From: an uncultured virus (IMG/VR IMGVR_UViG_3300047481_002482)
Lineage: Duplodnaviria; Heunggongvirae; Uroviricota; Caudoviricetes
Virus record (IMG/VR): IMGVR_UViG_3300047481_002482
DNA length: 64,000 nt
Reading direction: 5' to 3' (one strand)
Shown in pieces: positions 28,855 to 38,231 of this stretch. The notes under the pieces are model-generated. The model saw only the letters and a list, made by a program, of their open reading frames with translations. It was not told the origin of the DNA and made no database searches. Position 1 is the first letter of the stretch, and each line of letters begins with the position of its first letter. The translations under genes and the position numbers were made by a program.

Positions 28855-30000
28855 ATGAACATAGGTGTGATAGGAGTTGGTAGGTTAGGTATCTGTTTTG
28901 CCCTGTTGTTGGATCGCGCAGGACACGGCGTGATGGGATGCGATATCCGCAGCAGCTACATCGCCGGCCTGCAACGCCGAGAGATACACACAGCCGAACC
29001 AGGCGTGGCTGCCATGCTCAAAGATTGTGATATCACGTTCACTACAGACACCAGATCGGTCATTGCCAGCAGCGACATCATCTATGTGATGGTGGCTACT
29101 CCCAGCCTTGCAGATGGTAGCTATGATATCTCGGCCATCGATCGCGTGGTGAGTGATATCGGTGAATCGGATTTCGATCTGACCAACAAGTTCCTGGTGA
29201 TAGGATGCACCACCAATCCTGGCGACTGCCAGCGCATACAAGATCGCCTGCGAGATCGCGGCATCAGGGTCCTTTACAATCCTGAATTCATCGCGCAAGG
29301 TTCGATCATCCACGATCTCCAGCACGCCGACATGGTGTTGATTGGTGGAGAAGATAGCTCAGTGATCGATTGCTACAAATTACTTTATAATGATATCCAG
29401 GTGCGTGTGCCCGATGTGCATGCCATGAGCCTCACAGCTGCCGAATTGGTCAAGATCGCCACGAATTGTTTTCTCACCACCAAGATCAGTTATGCCAACA
29501 TGATGGGCGAGGTACTGATCAGATCGGGTCTTGAATTCGATGTAGATCGGGCCTTGGCCGCTATCGGTGCGGACGGCCGCATAGGTCATCGCTATCTGCG
29601 TTACGGCATAGGATACGGAGGACCTTGTTTTCCGCGCGACAATCGCGCGTTCGCAACCTGCGCCCAAAAAGTAGGTCTAGATTTTCCTTTGGGGCACATC
29701 GTGGACAGATTCAATCAAGATCACACCGTGTTCCTAATGGAACACTGGATCCGGAAAAATCCTCAACGATTGCCGTTTTTCCTCCGCACCTTAGCCTACA
29801 AGGCCGGGACCGACATCTATGAAGAAAGCCAACAAATGAGATTGGCTGAGCTGCTGATGGATAGAGAATACAGGGTGGTGGTTGAACCATGCAACAAGAT
29901 GCCTGAGTCCGTGAGATCATCTCTTGTTTTGAAATGGGGCAACCTCATAGAGTTCCGCGCCCGTAATCAACTTGCCACTTGCGTGGAGATCACGTTATGA
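28855..30000 (+). CDS. ugd: UDP-glucose/GDP-mannose dehydrogenase
   Basis: GVGRLG, VATP, YNPEF, AELVK...N, GYGGPCFPRD. Confidence 0.9.
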   Translation: MNIGVIGVGRLGICFALLLDRAGHGVMGCDIRSSYIAGLQRREIHTAEPGVAAMLKDCDITFTTDTRSVIASSDIIYVMVATPSLADGSYDISAIDRVVSDIGESDFDLTNKFLVIGCTTNPGDCQRIQDRLRDRGIRVLYNPEFIAQGSIIHDLQHADMVLIGGEDSSVIDCYKLLYNDIQVRVPDVHAMSLTAAELVKIATNCFLTTKISYANMMGEVLIRSGLEFDVDRALAAIGADGRIGHRYLRYGIGYGGPCFPRDNRAFATCAQKVGLDFPLGHIVDRFNQDHTVFLMEHWIRKNPQRLPFFLRTLAYKAGTDIYEESQQMRLAELLMDREYRVVVEPCNKMPESVRSSLVLKWGNLIEFRARNQLATCVEITL

Positions 30001-30911
30001 CCACACGCCCTTATGTAAGCGTGGTCATCATAGGGCGTAATGACGATTATGGCCAAGATTTCAAGACTCGAATCAACACTTTCGTGCGCAGCTTGGATCA
30101 TCAGGTACGAGCGCACATGGATCTTTGGGAACTGATAGTGGTGGAGTGGAATCCCATGCCAGATCGCGATGGCTTGTCCTCGGTGTTGATGCCTACCCAG
30201 AATCTGCCAGTGAGAATAATTACCGTACCAGCTGATCTCCATGCTGCCATCGGTTCTGCAACACCTGTTTTGGAATTTCATGCCAAGAACGCGGGCATAC
30301 GCCGGGCCCGAGGAGATTTCGTGCTAGTCACCAATCCCGACATACTTTTCACACAGGCCCTAATAGACGAGCTGGCACAAAAACGATTGAGGACTGACAC
30401 TGTTTATCGAACGGATCGGTACGATTTTGAAACCAAAGGCATCCAAGATGTGGCCGCAGCAGAGCTCATTGATTTTGCTCTGGATCACAGCTTCGTGGTA
30501 CACGCCATGCAGGGAGAAGCCAGTGTGAGTATTCCTGTGGCCGCAGATCAACGCTTATGGACCCGGCTACCAAGATCACAGCTAGGTCCTGATGTTTGGC
30601 ATACCAATGGCTGCGGAGACTTCATGTTGGCTGCTAGAGAAACCTTTTTTACGGTGCGTGGACTCTATGAGACCTTGGAGCACCGCTGGCACGTGGACAG
30701 CATCAGCTTGTTAAGATTTGCAGTGGCCAAGATGAAACATCACGCGTTTACGTCTCCCTTGTGCGTGTTCCATCAGCATCACGATCGTCGCGACCAGGAT
30801 GTCACATTCCAGAGTCTCGACGTGGTGGCATTGGCCCGTAAGCCAGGAGATACGGACTGGGGATTCCGCGATCTGGCATTGCCGGAACAGATTCAGAGAG
30901 CCACGGTATGA
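29997..30911 (+). CDS. GT-A glycosyltransferase-like protein
   Basis: GRNDDY, VEWNP, AKN.GIRRA.G.F...TNPDI, GDF. Confidence 0.75.
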   Translation: MTTRPYVSVVIIGRNDDYGQDFKTRINTFVRSLDHQVRAHMDLWELIVVEWNPMPDRDGLSSVLMPTQNLPVRIITVPADLHAAIGSATPVLEFHAKNAGIRRARGDFVLVTNPDILFTQALIDELAQKRLRTDTVYRTDRYDFETKGIQDVAAAELIDFALDHSFVVHAMQGEASVSIPVAADQRLWTRLPRSQLGPDVWHTNGCGDFMLAARETFFTVRGLYETLEHRWHVDSISLLRFAVAKMKHHAFTSPLCVFHQHHDRRDQDVTFQSLDVVALARKPGDTDWGFRDLALPEQIQRATV

Positions 30912-31510
30912 AGCAACAGTATCTAGAACAACTGCTGTTCAAGGTCAAGCACGGACATCAAGACAGCGATCGACATGTGATGACCTGTTTCAGCATCGCT
31001 TTGCAGATACATGCCCGGCGAATCCTAGAACTAGGAGTGCGCACCGGAAACACCACATTGCCTTTCTTGTGTGCAGCCCAGGAACTAGGTGGCATGGTGC
31101 ATTCGGTAGACCTCGAAGCCACCACCTTCCAGTGTCCCGATGAGTTCCGGGTGTACTGGCAATTCTACCAGAGTGATGCCATCACATGGTTAGAACAACG
31201 CCAAAGCGAAGGCGGTCAATATGATCTCGTCTATATCGATGATTGGCACGCCTATGATCATGTGCGGCGAGAACTTGAGCTGGTGGCGCCCATGGTCACA
31301 CCGTCATCTGTGATCTTGTTGCATGATCTCATGTACTCGGGCACACATCCGGATTATCATAGCGACCCAAATACCACTGACGCACAATGGAAAGGCGGCG
31401 GACCTTATCGTGCTGTTGCTGAGCTTGATCCTGCAGTTTGGGAATGGAGCACCATACCGGTAAATCATGGCCTCACCTTGTTGCGCAAGAAAGGCCGGGT
31501 TCTGCCATGA
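30908..31510 (+). CDS. Class I SAM methyltransferase
   Basis: LELGVR.G.T, DL.YID..H.Y, LHD. Confidence 0.88.
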   Translation: MKQQYLEQLLFKVKHGHQDSDRHVMTCFSIALQIHARRILELGVRTGNTTLPFLCAAQELGGMVHSVDLEATTFQCPDEFRVYWQFYQSDAITWLEQRQSEGGQYDLVYIDDWHAYDHVRRELELVAPMVTPSSVILLHDLMYSGTHPDYHSDPNTTDAQWKGGGPYRAVAELDPAVWEWSTIPVNHGLTLLRKKGRVLP

Positions 31511-32346
31511 AATATCTGGTACTGGGTAGCCGAGGACAAATAGGTCTTAGCTTGTGTGGTTACCTGCGAGATCAGGGTCACGAGGTAGCAGAATTCGACA
31601 TAGCGGATGGCATGCGTTATGACCTCCGCAGGATCAACAACACCGATCTGCACAAGGCCATGATCTGGTCTGACATGGTGTTCTTCTTGGCATGGGATGT
31701 GGGCGGTAGCACCTATCTGGCACGATACCAAGACACCTATGATTTCGTGATGAACAATGTGGCCATAATGCACACAGTGTTCGATTGCCTAGCGCAGCAT
31801 CAGAAACCATTCATATTCGCCTCTAGCCAGATGGCATCCATGAGCTACAGCTCATATGGACTGACCAAGAGCCTGGCCGAACGCATAACCCACACGCTGG
31901 GGGGCATAACAGCAAAGTTCTGGAATGTGTATGGTCTTGAGTTAGATCCCAACAAAACACATGTTATCACGGATTTCGTGATCAAGGCCCGGGACACCGG
32001 CGTGATCAATATGCGCACCGATGGCACAGAAAGCCGACAGATGCTGCATGCCGACGACTGCAGCCGTGCTCTTTATATTTTGAGCCAACGCTACCAGGAT
32101 CTAGATAGGCAGCGTGAATATCATGTGACCAGTTTTGAATGGCACACCATGTTGGAAGTGGCTGGTGTGGTGGCAGATCTTTTTCCTGGTTCTCTTGTGC
32201 TGCCTGCCGAGGCCAAAGATCTAGTGCAGAGAGATGCCCGGAACGAACCCGATCCTTATATCCTAGATATATGGCAACCAAAGATCACTTTGCGATCAGG
32301 CATCACAGATATCGTGGAGAAAATGAACCATGACCGACACCATTGA
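31507..32346 (+). CDS. NAD-dependent epimerase/dehydratase
   Basis: LGSRGQIG, YGLTK, WNVYG. Confidence 0.88.
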   Translation: MKYLVLGSRGQIGLSLCGYLRDQGHEVAEFDIADGMRYDLRRINNTDLHKAMIWSDMVFFLAWDVGGSTYLARYQDTYDFVMNNVAIMHTVFDCLAQHQKPFIFASSQMASMSYSSYGLTKSLAERITHTLGGITAKFWNVYGLELDPNKTHVITDFVIKARDTGVINMRTDGTESRQMLHADDCSRALYILSQRYQDLDRQREYHVTSFEWHTMLEVAGVVADLFPGSLVLPAEAKDLVQRDARNEPDPYILDIWQPKITLRSGITDIVEKMNHDRHH

Positions 32347-32968
32347 TCTCGTTGAGTTCTGGAATCAAGAACACACGGCGCATAGCGGATGGTTGACCGG
32401 AACCAGCTGGCAAGCCATGAAACAGTATTATGGCATCACAGATCGAGACGTACAGGGCAAGTGCTGTCTGGAGATCGGTGTGGGAAAGGCCACGGTCACC
32501 CGTGAGCTGGCCAGGCTGGCAGAAAAACTCTACTGCTGCGACATAAGCTCAGCGGCACTGGCCAAGGTCAAGGATCTATCGACCGAATCTTGGTTGACAC
32601 AGGATCTCGCACAGGCACCACCAGTGGATGTGGTGTGATGTCATCTAGTGCTGGTACACTGCGATGACCAGGAGTGCCAAAGGATACTGACTGCCCTTAA
32701 ACTCAATGCACTGGGCCGGATTTTTTGTCAGTTCAGTTTATTCAAAGATGAAAATCTGGGCATCCGAGATGCCGCGCCCGGAGTGCAGCAGAAGCTGGAT
32801 CCGGGAAGCAAACACTGGTTCCGCACAACAAAACAGATCAGGGATATAGTGGATTCTGCTGGTCTGGAGATACATAGTATGAAATCTCATGATCCTGGCG
32901 GCTACTTCGGATGGCATAACCAGATCTGGCAGTTTTTAGAACTGCGTCCCTCAAACAAGGAGCAATGA
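32330..32968 (+). pseudogene. SAM methyltransferase interrupted by in-frame TGA at 32636-32638
   Basis: LEIGVG motif before the stop; same frame continues VDVV*CHLVLVHCDD to 32968. Confidence 0.7.
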
Positions 32969-32969
32969 A

Positions 32970-33944
32970 ATGAAAAAAGTTTTAGTATGTGGAGCAGGCG
33001 GATTCATTGGCGGACATCTTGTGTCCAGCTTGAAAAAACAAGGTCACCACGTGATCGGTGCCGACATCAAAGAACATGAATATCAGCGATCCGCAGCGGA
33101 TGAATTCCATGTCATGGACCTACGTGAACAGATCAATGTCAGGCAATTGATCACTGCTGATATCGATACTGTGTATCAGCTGGCCGCGGACATGGGCGGT
33201 GCCGGTTATATCTTTACAGGGGAGAATGATGCAGACATCATGCACAATTCGGCCATGATCAACCTCAACATCGCGGAAGAGATGGTGCGCAAAGGTGTGC
33301 CGAATGTGTTCTACACATCATCGGCCTGCATGTATCCGGCCCACAATCAGCTGGATCCTGATAATCCGCTATTGAGCGAAGCATCTGCATACCCTGCCGA
33401 ACCTGATTCAGAATATGGTTGGGAAAAACTGTTCTCGGAACGGCTCTGGATGAGTTTTGGTCGCAACTATGGCCTGCGCGTGCGGATCGCCCGGCTGCAC
33501 AATGTTTTCGGTGCTCTGGGTTCCTGGAACAACGGCAAAGAAAAGGCCCCAGCTGCCTTGTGCCGCAAAGTGGCTCAAAGTTCTGGAGAGGTTGAAGTAT
33601 GGGGTCCTGGCAACCAGACGCGCAGCTTCCTTTATATCGATGAGTGCGTCGAGGGCATTCATCGCATCCAGGCATCCACATGTGACTTTCCATTGAATCT
33701 GGGATCAGAAAGAATGATTTCCATAAACGGTTTGGTCAAACTGATATCGACCATCGCTGCTAAATCTGTTACTATAAAGAACATACCCGGTCCACAGGGC
33801 GTGATGGGTCGCAACAGCCACAACCAACTGATCAGAGAGACCATCGGTTGGGCACCGGCAGACAATCTCGAACTGGGACTCCGACAAACTTATGATTGGA
33901 TAGCAGGCATGGTCCAGTCCGGAATCTTAGACAAGGCAGCATGA
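32970..33944 (+). CDS. NAD-dependent epimerase (GDP-mannose 3,5-epimerase-like)
   Basis: GAGGFIG, LAADMGG.G, SSACMYP, YGWEK, EKAPAA.CRK. Confidence 0.9.
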   Translation: MKKVLVCGAGGFIGGHLVSSLKKQGHHVIGADIKEHEYQRSAADEFHVMDLREQINVRQLITADIDTVYQLAADMGGAGYIFTGENDADIMHNSAMINLNIAEEMVRKGVPNVFYTSSACMYPAHNQLDPDNPLLSEASAYPAEPDSEYGWEKLFSERLWMSFGRNYGLRVRIARLHNVFGALGSWNNGKEKAPAALCRKVAQSSGEVEVWGPGNQTRSFLYIDECVEGIHRIQASTCDFPLNLGSERMISINGLVKLISTIAAKSVTIKNIPGPQGVMGRNSHNQLIRETIGWAPADNLELGLRQTYDWIAGMVQSGILDKAA

Positions 33945-34441
33945 AGAAGATCTATCTCTCCTGGCAAGACGTCGAACATCATACTCAAGAGATCCTGCGC
34001 AAAATCACGCACGATGACTGGCGGCCAGACTATGTGGTAGGACTCACTCGAGGAGGTTTGGTTCCAGCCAATCTCATCAGCCAGTATCTCGAAGTTCCTA
34101 TGCATGCACTCAAAGTCAGTCTCCGGGATGGTCACGGTGGTAGCGAAAGCAATCTATGGATGGCTGAGGACGCGTTCAACGGTCGACGCATCCTCATAGT
34201 GGATGATATTAACGATACCGGTGCCACCCTGGACTGGATCGCGGAAGACTGGAGCTCGGGCTGTAGGCCTGACGATCCTGTATGGAAGAACATATGGGGT
34301 GGTTCGGTACGAGTGGCTGTGCTGGTAGACAATGATACCAGTCACACTGCTATGCCTATCTCCTATTATTCCATGGACATCAACAAGGAAGCCGATCCCT
34401 GCTGGATAGTTTTCCCCTGGGAAGATTGGTGGAAACGATGA
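33941..34441 (+). CDS. Purine phosphoribosyltransferase-family protein
   Basis: RGGL.PA, ILIVDDINDTGAT, WIVFPWE. Confidence 0.9.
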   Translation: MKKIYLSWQDVEHHTQEILRKITHDDWRPDYVVGLTRGGLVPANLISQYLEVPMHALKVSLRDGHGGSESNLWMAEDAFNGRRILIVDDINDTGATLDWIAEDWSSGCRPDDPVWKNIWGGSVRVAVLVDNDTSHTAMPISYYSMDINKEADPCWIVFPWEDWWKR

Positions 34442-34450
34442 GGGAATCAG

Positions 34451-34822
34451 ATGAGTGACATATTCAATGACCAGCGCAAGTTCATGCGGGCCTGTGGCCA
34501 GATCACAGATCAGTTTGATGAAAAACAATATCGCATGTACTGCGATCTCATTGCAGAAGAAACCCAAGAGCTCCAGGCAGCACTGCACATCAATGATCCT
34601 GAAGAACAACTAGATGCCCTGATCGACATCTTGGTAGTCACAGCTGGGGCTCTGCACAGCTTCGGAGTGGATGCAGATGGTGCATGGAAAGAGGTCATGC
34701 GTTCAAACTTTGCCAAGGTTGATCCCAGGACCGGTCGGGTCACTCGACGTGAAGATGGCAAAGTCTTGAAACCCGCTGACTGGGAACCTCCTAGACTGAA
34801 AAATTTCCTGCGCCGACCATGA
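34451..34822 (+). CDS. MazG-like/PRA-PH NTP pyrophosphohydrolase
   Basis: LI.EE..EL, DAL.D..VV, V.RSN..K, DGKVLKP. Confidence 0.88.
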   Translation: MSDIFNDQRKFMRACGQITDQFDEKQYRMYCDLIAEETQELQAALHINDPEEQLDALIDILVVTAGALHSFGVDADGAWKEVMRSNFAKVDPRTGRVTRREDGKVLKPADWEPPRLKNFLRRP

Positions 34823-35247
34823 TCCAACCCCTGCGCGATGATCTCATGGTGCAACAACAGTTACCTGGCATCACACGTTCCGAACTGATCTGGCAGCACA
34901 TGGTGGCAGTGATCATGCTGAACCAGACTGGTCGCAAACCTGTGAAAACGGTTTTACCTATATTTTTATCTTGTTGGCCCAATGCTTTGTTTTTCCGGCG
35001 CGCCCGGGAGCAGGACATCAAGGATGTGATCTGGCCTCTGGGCATGGTCAACGTCCGGTGCAAAAGACTCCAGCGCATGACGGAAGATTTCTTGACTTGG
35101 GATCAAGAAGATGCTACAATGTTGTATGGTATCGGCAAGTATGGATCAGATTCATACGAAATCTTTTTCAAAGGCAATTACACCATCAAACCAACAGACA
35201 AAGAATTGAAAAGATACTTGCAGGAAGAAATTTTCATAACGGCCTAA
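34819..35247 (+). CDS. MBD4-like HhH-GPD DNA glycosylase
   Basis: LNQT, PLG....R, LYGIGKYGSDSY.IF, P.DKEL. Confidence 0.82.
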   Translation: MIQPLRDDLMVQQQLPGITRSELIWQHMVAVIMLNQTGRKPVKTVLPIFLSCWPNALFFRRAREQDIKDVIWPLGMVNVRCKRLQRMTEDFLTWDQEDATMLYGIGKYGSDSYEIFFKGNYTIKPTDKELKRYLQEEIFITA

Positions 35248-35255
35248 ATAATCTC

Positions 35256-36149
35256 ATGGAAAAAATCACTTACACAGAAATATTCTACAGCCTGCAAGGC
35301 GAAGGCAAGTGGGCTGGAGTACCTTCCATCTTTTTCCGTACTTTTGGTTGCAATTTCCGTTGCCGCAAGTTTGGCAGGACGAGAGATGAGGTCATAGAAG
35401 GACACAATCCCGAAGTCACAGAAATCATCCAGATGATAGAAAAGGATCCGGCACGCTATCGAGAATTCAAAGATTTGCCCTTGGTCACAACAGGTTGCGA
35501 TACCTATGCGTCGATCTATCCGGAATTCAAGCGATTCAATCAACAGGCGGATGTGTACACCATCGCGGATCGGATCAACGACCTATTGCCTCACGGTACC
35601 TGGGATCAAGAATACAGCGATCAGATACACTTCATCATCACAGGTGGAGAACCTTTGCTGGCATATCAGCAACTGTATCCTACCTTGCTGGATCTCCTTC
35701 GCAAAAAAGGTCTGCGCGATGTCACTATCGAAACCAATGGCAGCCAGTTGCTCTACAGCCAGGTAAGAGATTATCTGTTTGAAGATTTTACGCGAATGGG
35801 TCGAGATTACGATCGTCTCACTTTTTCTGTTAGCCCCAAACTGCCCTGCTCGGGAGAGAGCTGGGAGAATGCGATCCAACCCAAGGTGGTCAAAGAATAT
35901 GAACTGGTGGGATATACCTATCTCAAGTTTGTTGTAGCCACCCGGCAGGATGTGGAAGATGCTGAACGCGCGGTGGCAGAATATCGTGAAGCTGGGTTTG
36001 GTGGTCCAGTATACCTCATGCCTGCAGGTGGTGTACCACAAGTATACAATCTCAATGTGCAAGAAGTGGCAAATCTAGCACTCGAAAGAGGGTGGCGATA
36101 CAGCCCAAGACTTCAGGTCGATATCTTCAAGAACGCATGGGGTACATGA
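35256..36149 (+). CDS. queE: 7-carboxy-7-deazaguanine synthase
   Basis: EIFYSLQGEG, FRTFGCNFRC...CDT with insertion, TGGEP, ETNG, SPK, PRLQ. Confidence 0.93.
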   Translation: MEKITYTEIFYSLQGEGKWAGVPSIFFRTFGCNFRCRKFGRTRDEVIEGHNPEVTEIIQMIEKDPARYREFKDLPLVTTGCDTYASIYPEFKRFNQQADVYTIADRINDLLPHGTWDQEYSDQIHFIITGGEPLLAYQQLYPTLLDLLRKKGLRDVTIETNGSQLLYSQVRDYLFEDFTRMGRDYDRLTFSVSPKLPCSGESWENAIQPKVVKEYELVGYTYLKFVVATRQDVEDAERAVAEYREAGFGGPVYLMPAGGVPQVYNLNVQEVANLALERGWRYSPRLQVDIFKNAWGT

Positions 36150-36415
36150 TGTGGGCCATAGAAAGCACCTTGGATCGTGCTATCAGGTTGCTGGCCGATC
36201 AGGATGACTTTGAACGCCGGGCTTTTCGAATCGAATATGCGTGGAGTGTATGGCCCAGACGGTGCTATCGCAATGAACGAAGAGTATGGGGGCAAGCTGT
36301 CCGGGTGCAAGCGGTATGGACCGGTCCAGGAGAACCCATCGTAGAAACACGTTGGTTGCATCGAGACGAAGCCGTGATCATGATGCTGAAAAGGAAAACC
36401 AATGGGACTGTTTGA
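36146..36415 (+). CDS. Hypothetical protein
   Basis: ATGA overlap with queE; fills operon. Confidence 0.6.
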   Translation: MMWAIESTLDRAIRLLADQDDFERRAFRIEYAWSVWPRRCYRNERRVWGQAVRVQAVWTGPGEPIVETRWLHRDEAVIMMLKRKTNGTV

Positions 36416-36785
36416 TAGATTCCGGACAAAATCTGTGAAACCAGCAGAGCCTCGAGAAAAACCGGCTAAGGAAAAGAAATCGTCGAAAGACATAGCCACG
36501 GAAAAAGGCGAACCCTATGTGGCTATCTTGGGTATGGAGGTGGATCCTGATAATCTGCACCAAGGCAGTTTTGAACTGGATTGGAATTCAATCTTCGTCA
36601 CGCGTTTGGTGAAAGCGGGCTACATGATGAAAGAAACTGACACAGATGCGGACATCGTGGATCGCTGGTTCCAGAATGTGTGCCGCCATGTGGTGATGGA
36701 AACGTTTGAACAAGAACAAGCCATGAACCCACAGCGTTTCGTGCGCAGCCGAGATCTAGGCGACGGTAGGCGAGAGCATTCATGA
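36402..36785 (+). CDS. Hypothetical protein
   Basis: 127 aa; GEP.V, FELDWN..F...L...GY. Confidence 0.75.
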   Translation: MGLFDRFRTKSVKPAEPREKPAKEKKSSKDIATEKGEPYVAILGMEVDPDNLHQGSFELDWNSIFVTRLVKAGYMMKETDTDADIVDRWFQNVCRHVVMETFEQEQAMNPQRFVRSRDLGDGRREHS

Positions 36786-37054
36786 TCACGGATCGACAGA
36801 GAGAAGTGTTGGTGATCACCCAGGAAGAGGCTGCTGAAGTGATCCAGGAGATCAGCAAGGTCTTCCGGTTCGGCATAGATGATAACCACAGAGATGGCAT
36901 GACCCACAGGAAAAGACTCGAGGCAGAAATCGGAGATCTCCTGTGCATGATCGATCTCATGGTTGACAACCGCCTGATCGATCCCACAGCAGTAGAGCTC
37001 GCACGCCAAGCCAAGGTCACGAAACTGCGCCGATACAGCCAGATTTACACATGA
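36782..37054 (+). CDS. MazG-like small protein
   Basis: QEEAAEVIQ..SK..RFG, LE.EIGDL. Confidence 0.75.
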   Translation: MITDRQREVLVITQEEAAEVIQEISKVFRFGIDDNHRDGMTHRKRLEAEIGDLLCMIDLMVDNRLIDPTAVELARQAKVTKLRRYSQIYT

Positions 37055-37527
37055 TATTCAATCACATACGCCGGCTCAAAGACGAAGGCAAGAAGATCGG
37101 TATCACTTTCTCCACCTTCGATCTACTACATGCTGGGCACATAGCCATGTTATCTGAAGCACGAAACCATTGCGACTATCTCATCTGTGGCTTGCAGACT
37201 GATCCCACCATCGATCGACCTGAAACTAAAAATCGGCCTGTGCAGAGCATCGTGGAACGGCAGATACAGCTGGCGGCCTGTAGGTATGTGGATGAAGTGG
37301 TGGTATACTCAACCGAGCAAGATCTCTGCGATCTATTGCTAATCTTGCCCGTAGACGTGCGTGTGCTGGGTGTGGAATATGAAGGCGTGTTTTTCAGTGG
37401 CCGGGATGAATGCTATCAACGAGAGATAGAGATAGTATACAACGGGCGAGATCATTCATTTTCCAGCTCCAGCCTGCGCAAACGAGTGGTACAGGCCGAG
37501 ATAGAAAAAAATCTACAAGATCGATGA
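37051..37527 (+). CDS. Cytidylyltransferase (TagD-like)
   Basis: FDLLHAGH (HxGH), R.H.FSSS. Confidence 0.9.
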   Translation: MIFNHIRRLKDEGKKIGITFSTFDLLHAGHIAMLSEARNHCDYLICGLQTDPTIDRPETKNRPVQSIVERQIQLAACRYVDEVVVYSTEQDLCDLLLILPVDVRVLGVEYEGVFFSGRDECYQREIEIVYNGRDHSFSSSSLRKRVVQAEIEKNLQDR

Positions 37528-38231
37528 TCCTTTATGTAAACGGCGATAGCCATACCGCTGCTGCAGAGGCAGTGAATCAGCACGCTTTCGCAGAGGATGA
37601 CAGCCAATTTTTTTACCTAGGTCGTACACCGCATCCCGCAAACTTGGCCGTAAGCTGGGGGCGTGTGTTGGCTGATGCCATGAAAGCCACGTTCAAATGC
37701 GACGCGGAATCAGCCAGCAGCAATGCCAGGATCATGCGCACTGCACGGGCCTGGGCTGAATCTCACGCTGGTCGCAGAGATCAGATCATGATAGTGCAGT
37801 GGAGCACCTGGGAACGAGAAGAATGGCTCATAGATGGCACATGGTACCAGGTCAATGCTTCGGGTGAGGATGCTGTACCGGAATCGCATCAAGCACGCTA
37901 TCGCGAGTTCGTGGCCAATATCGATTGGCCTCGACAACAGACCCAGGCCCATGACGATATCTGGAGGCTGCATCAGGAACTGCAAGACTTGGACATCCCG
38001 CATGTTTTTTTCAACGGTAATTCATGGTTTGATTTCAAACTCAAATCGGACAGACGAGAATGGGGCGCCAGTTATATCGGACCTTACGATGCCAACAGCA
38101 CCTATAATCAGTGGCTAAAACGCCACGGTTATCACACAGTAACGCCCAATTCCTGGCATTTTGGACGCGAAGCACACGCGGCCTGGAGCCGTTTTGTGTT
38201 ACAATACTGTATCGACAACCGGATGATATGA
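37524..38231 (+). CDS. SGNH-hydrolase-like protein
   Basis: NGDSHT, SN..I.R, QWS...R, H....AH. Confidence 0.6.
   Translation: MILYVNGDSHTAAAEAVNQHAFAEDDSQFFYLGRTPHPANLAVSWGRVLADAMKATFKCDAESASSNARIMRTARAWAESHAGRRDQIMIVQWSTWEREEWLIDGTWYQVNASGEDAVPESHQARYREFVANIDWPRQQTQAHDDIWRLHQELQDLDIPHVFFNGNSWFDFKLKSDRREWGASYIGPYDANSTYNQWLKRHGYHTVTPNSWHFGREAHAAWSRFVLQYCIDNRMI

Noticed and set aside
32636..32638. Selenocysteine codon
   Set aside because: Position is not a catalytic Cys site, no clear SECIS hairpin follows, and no sel genes are in the window
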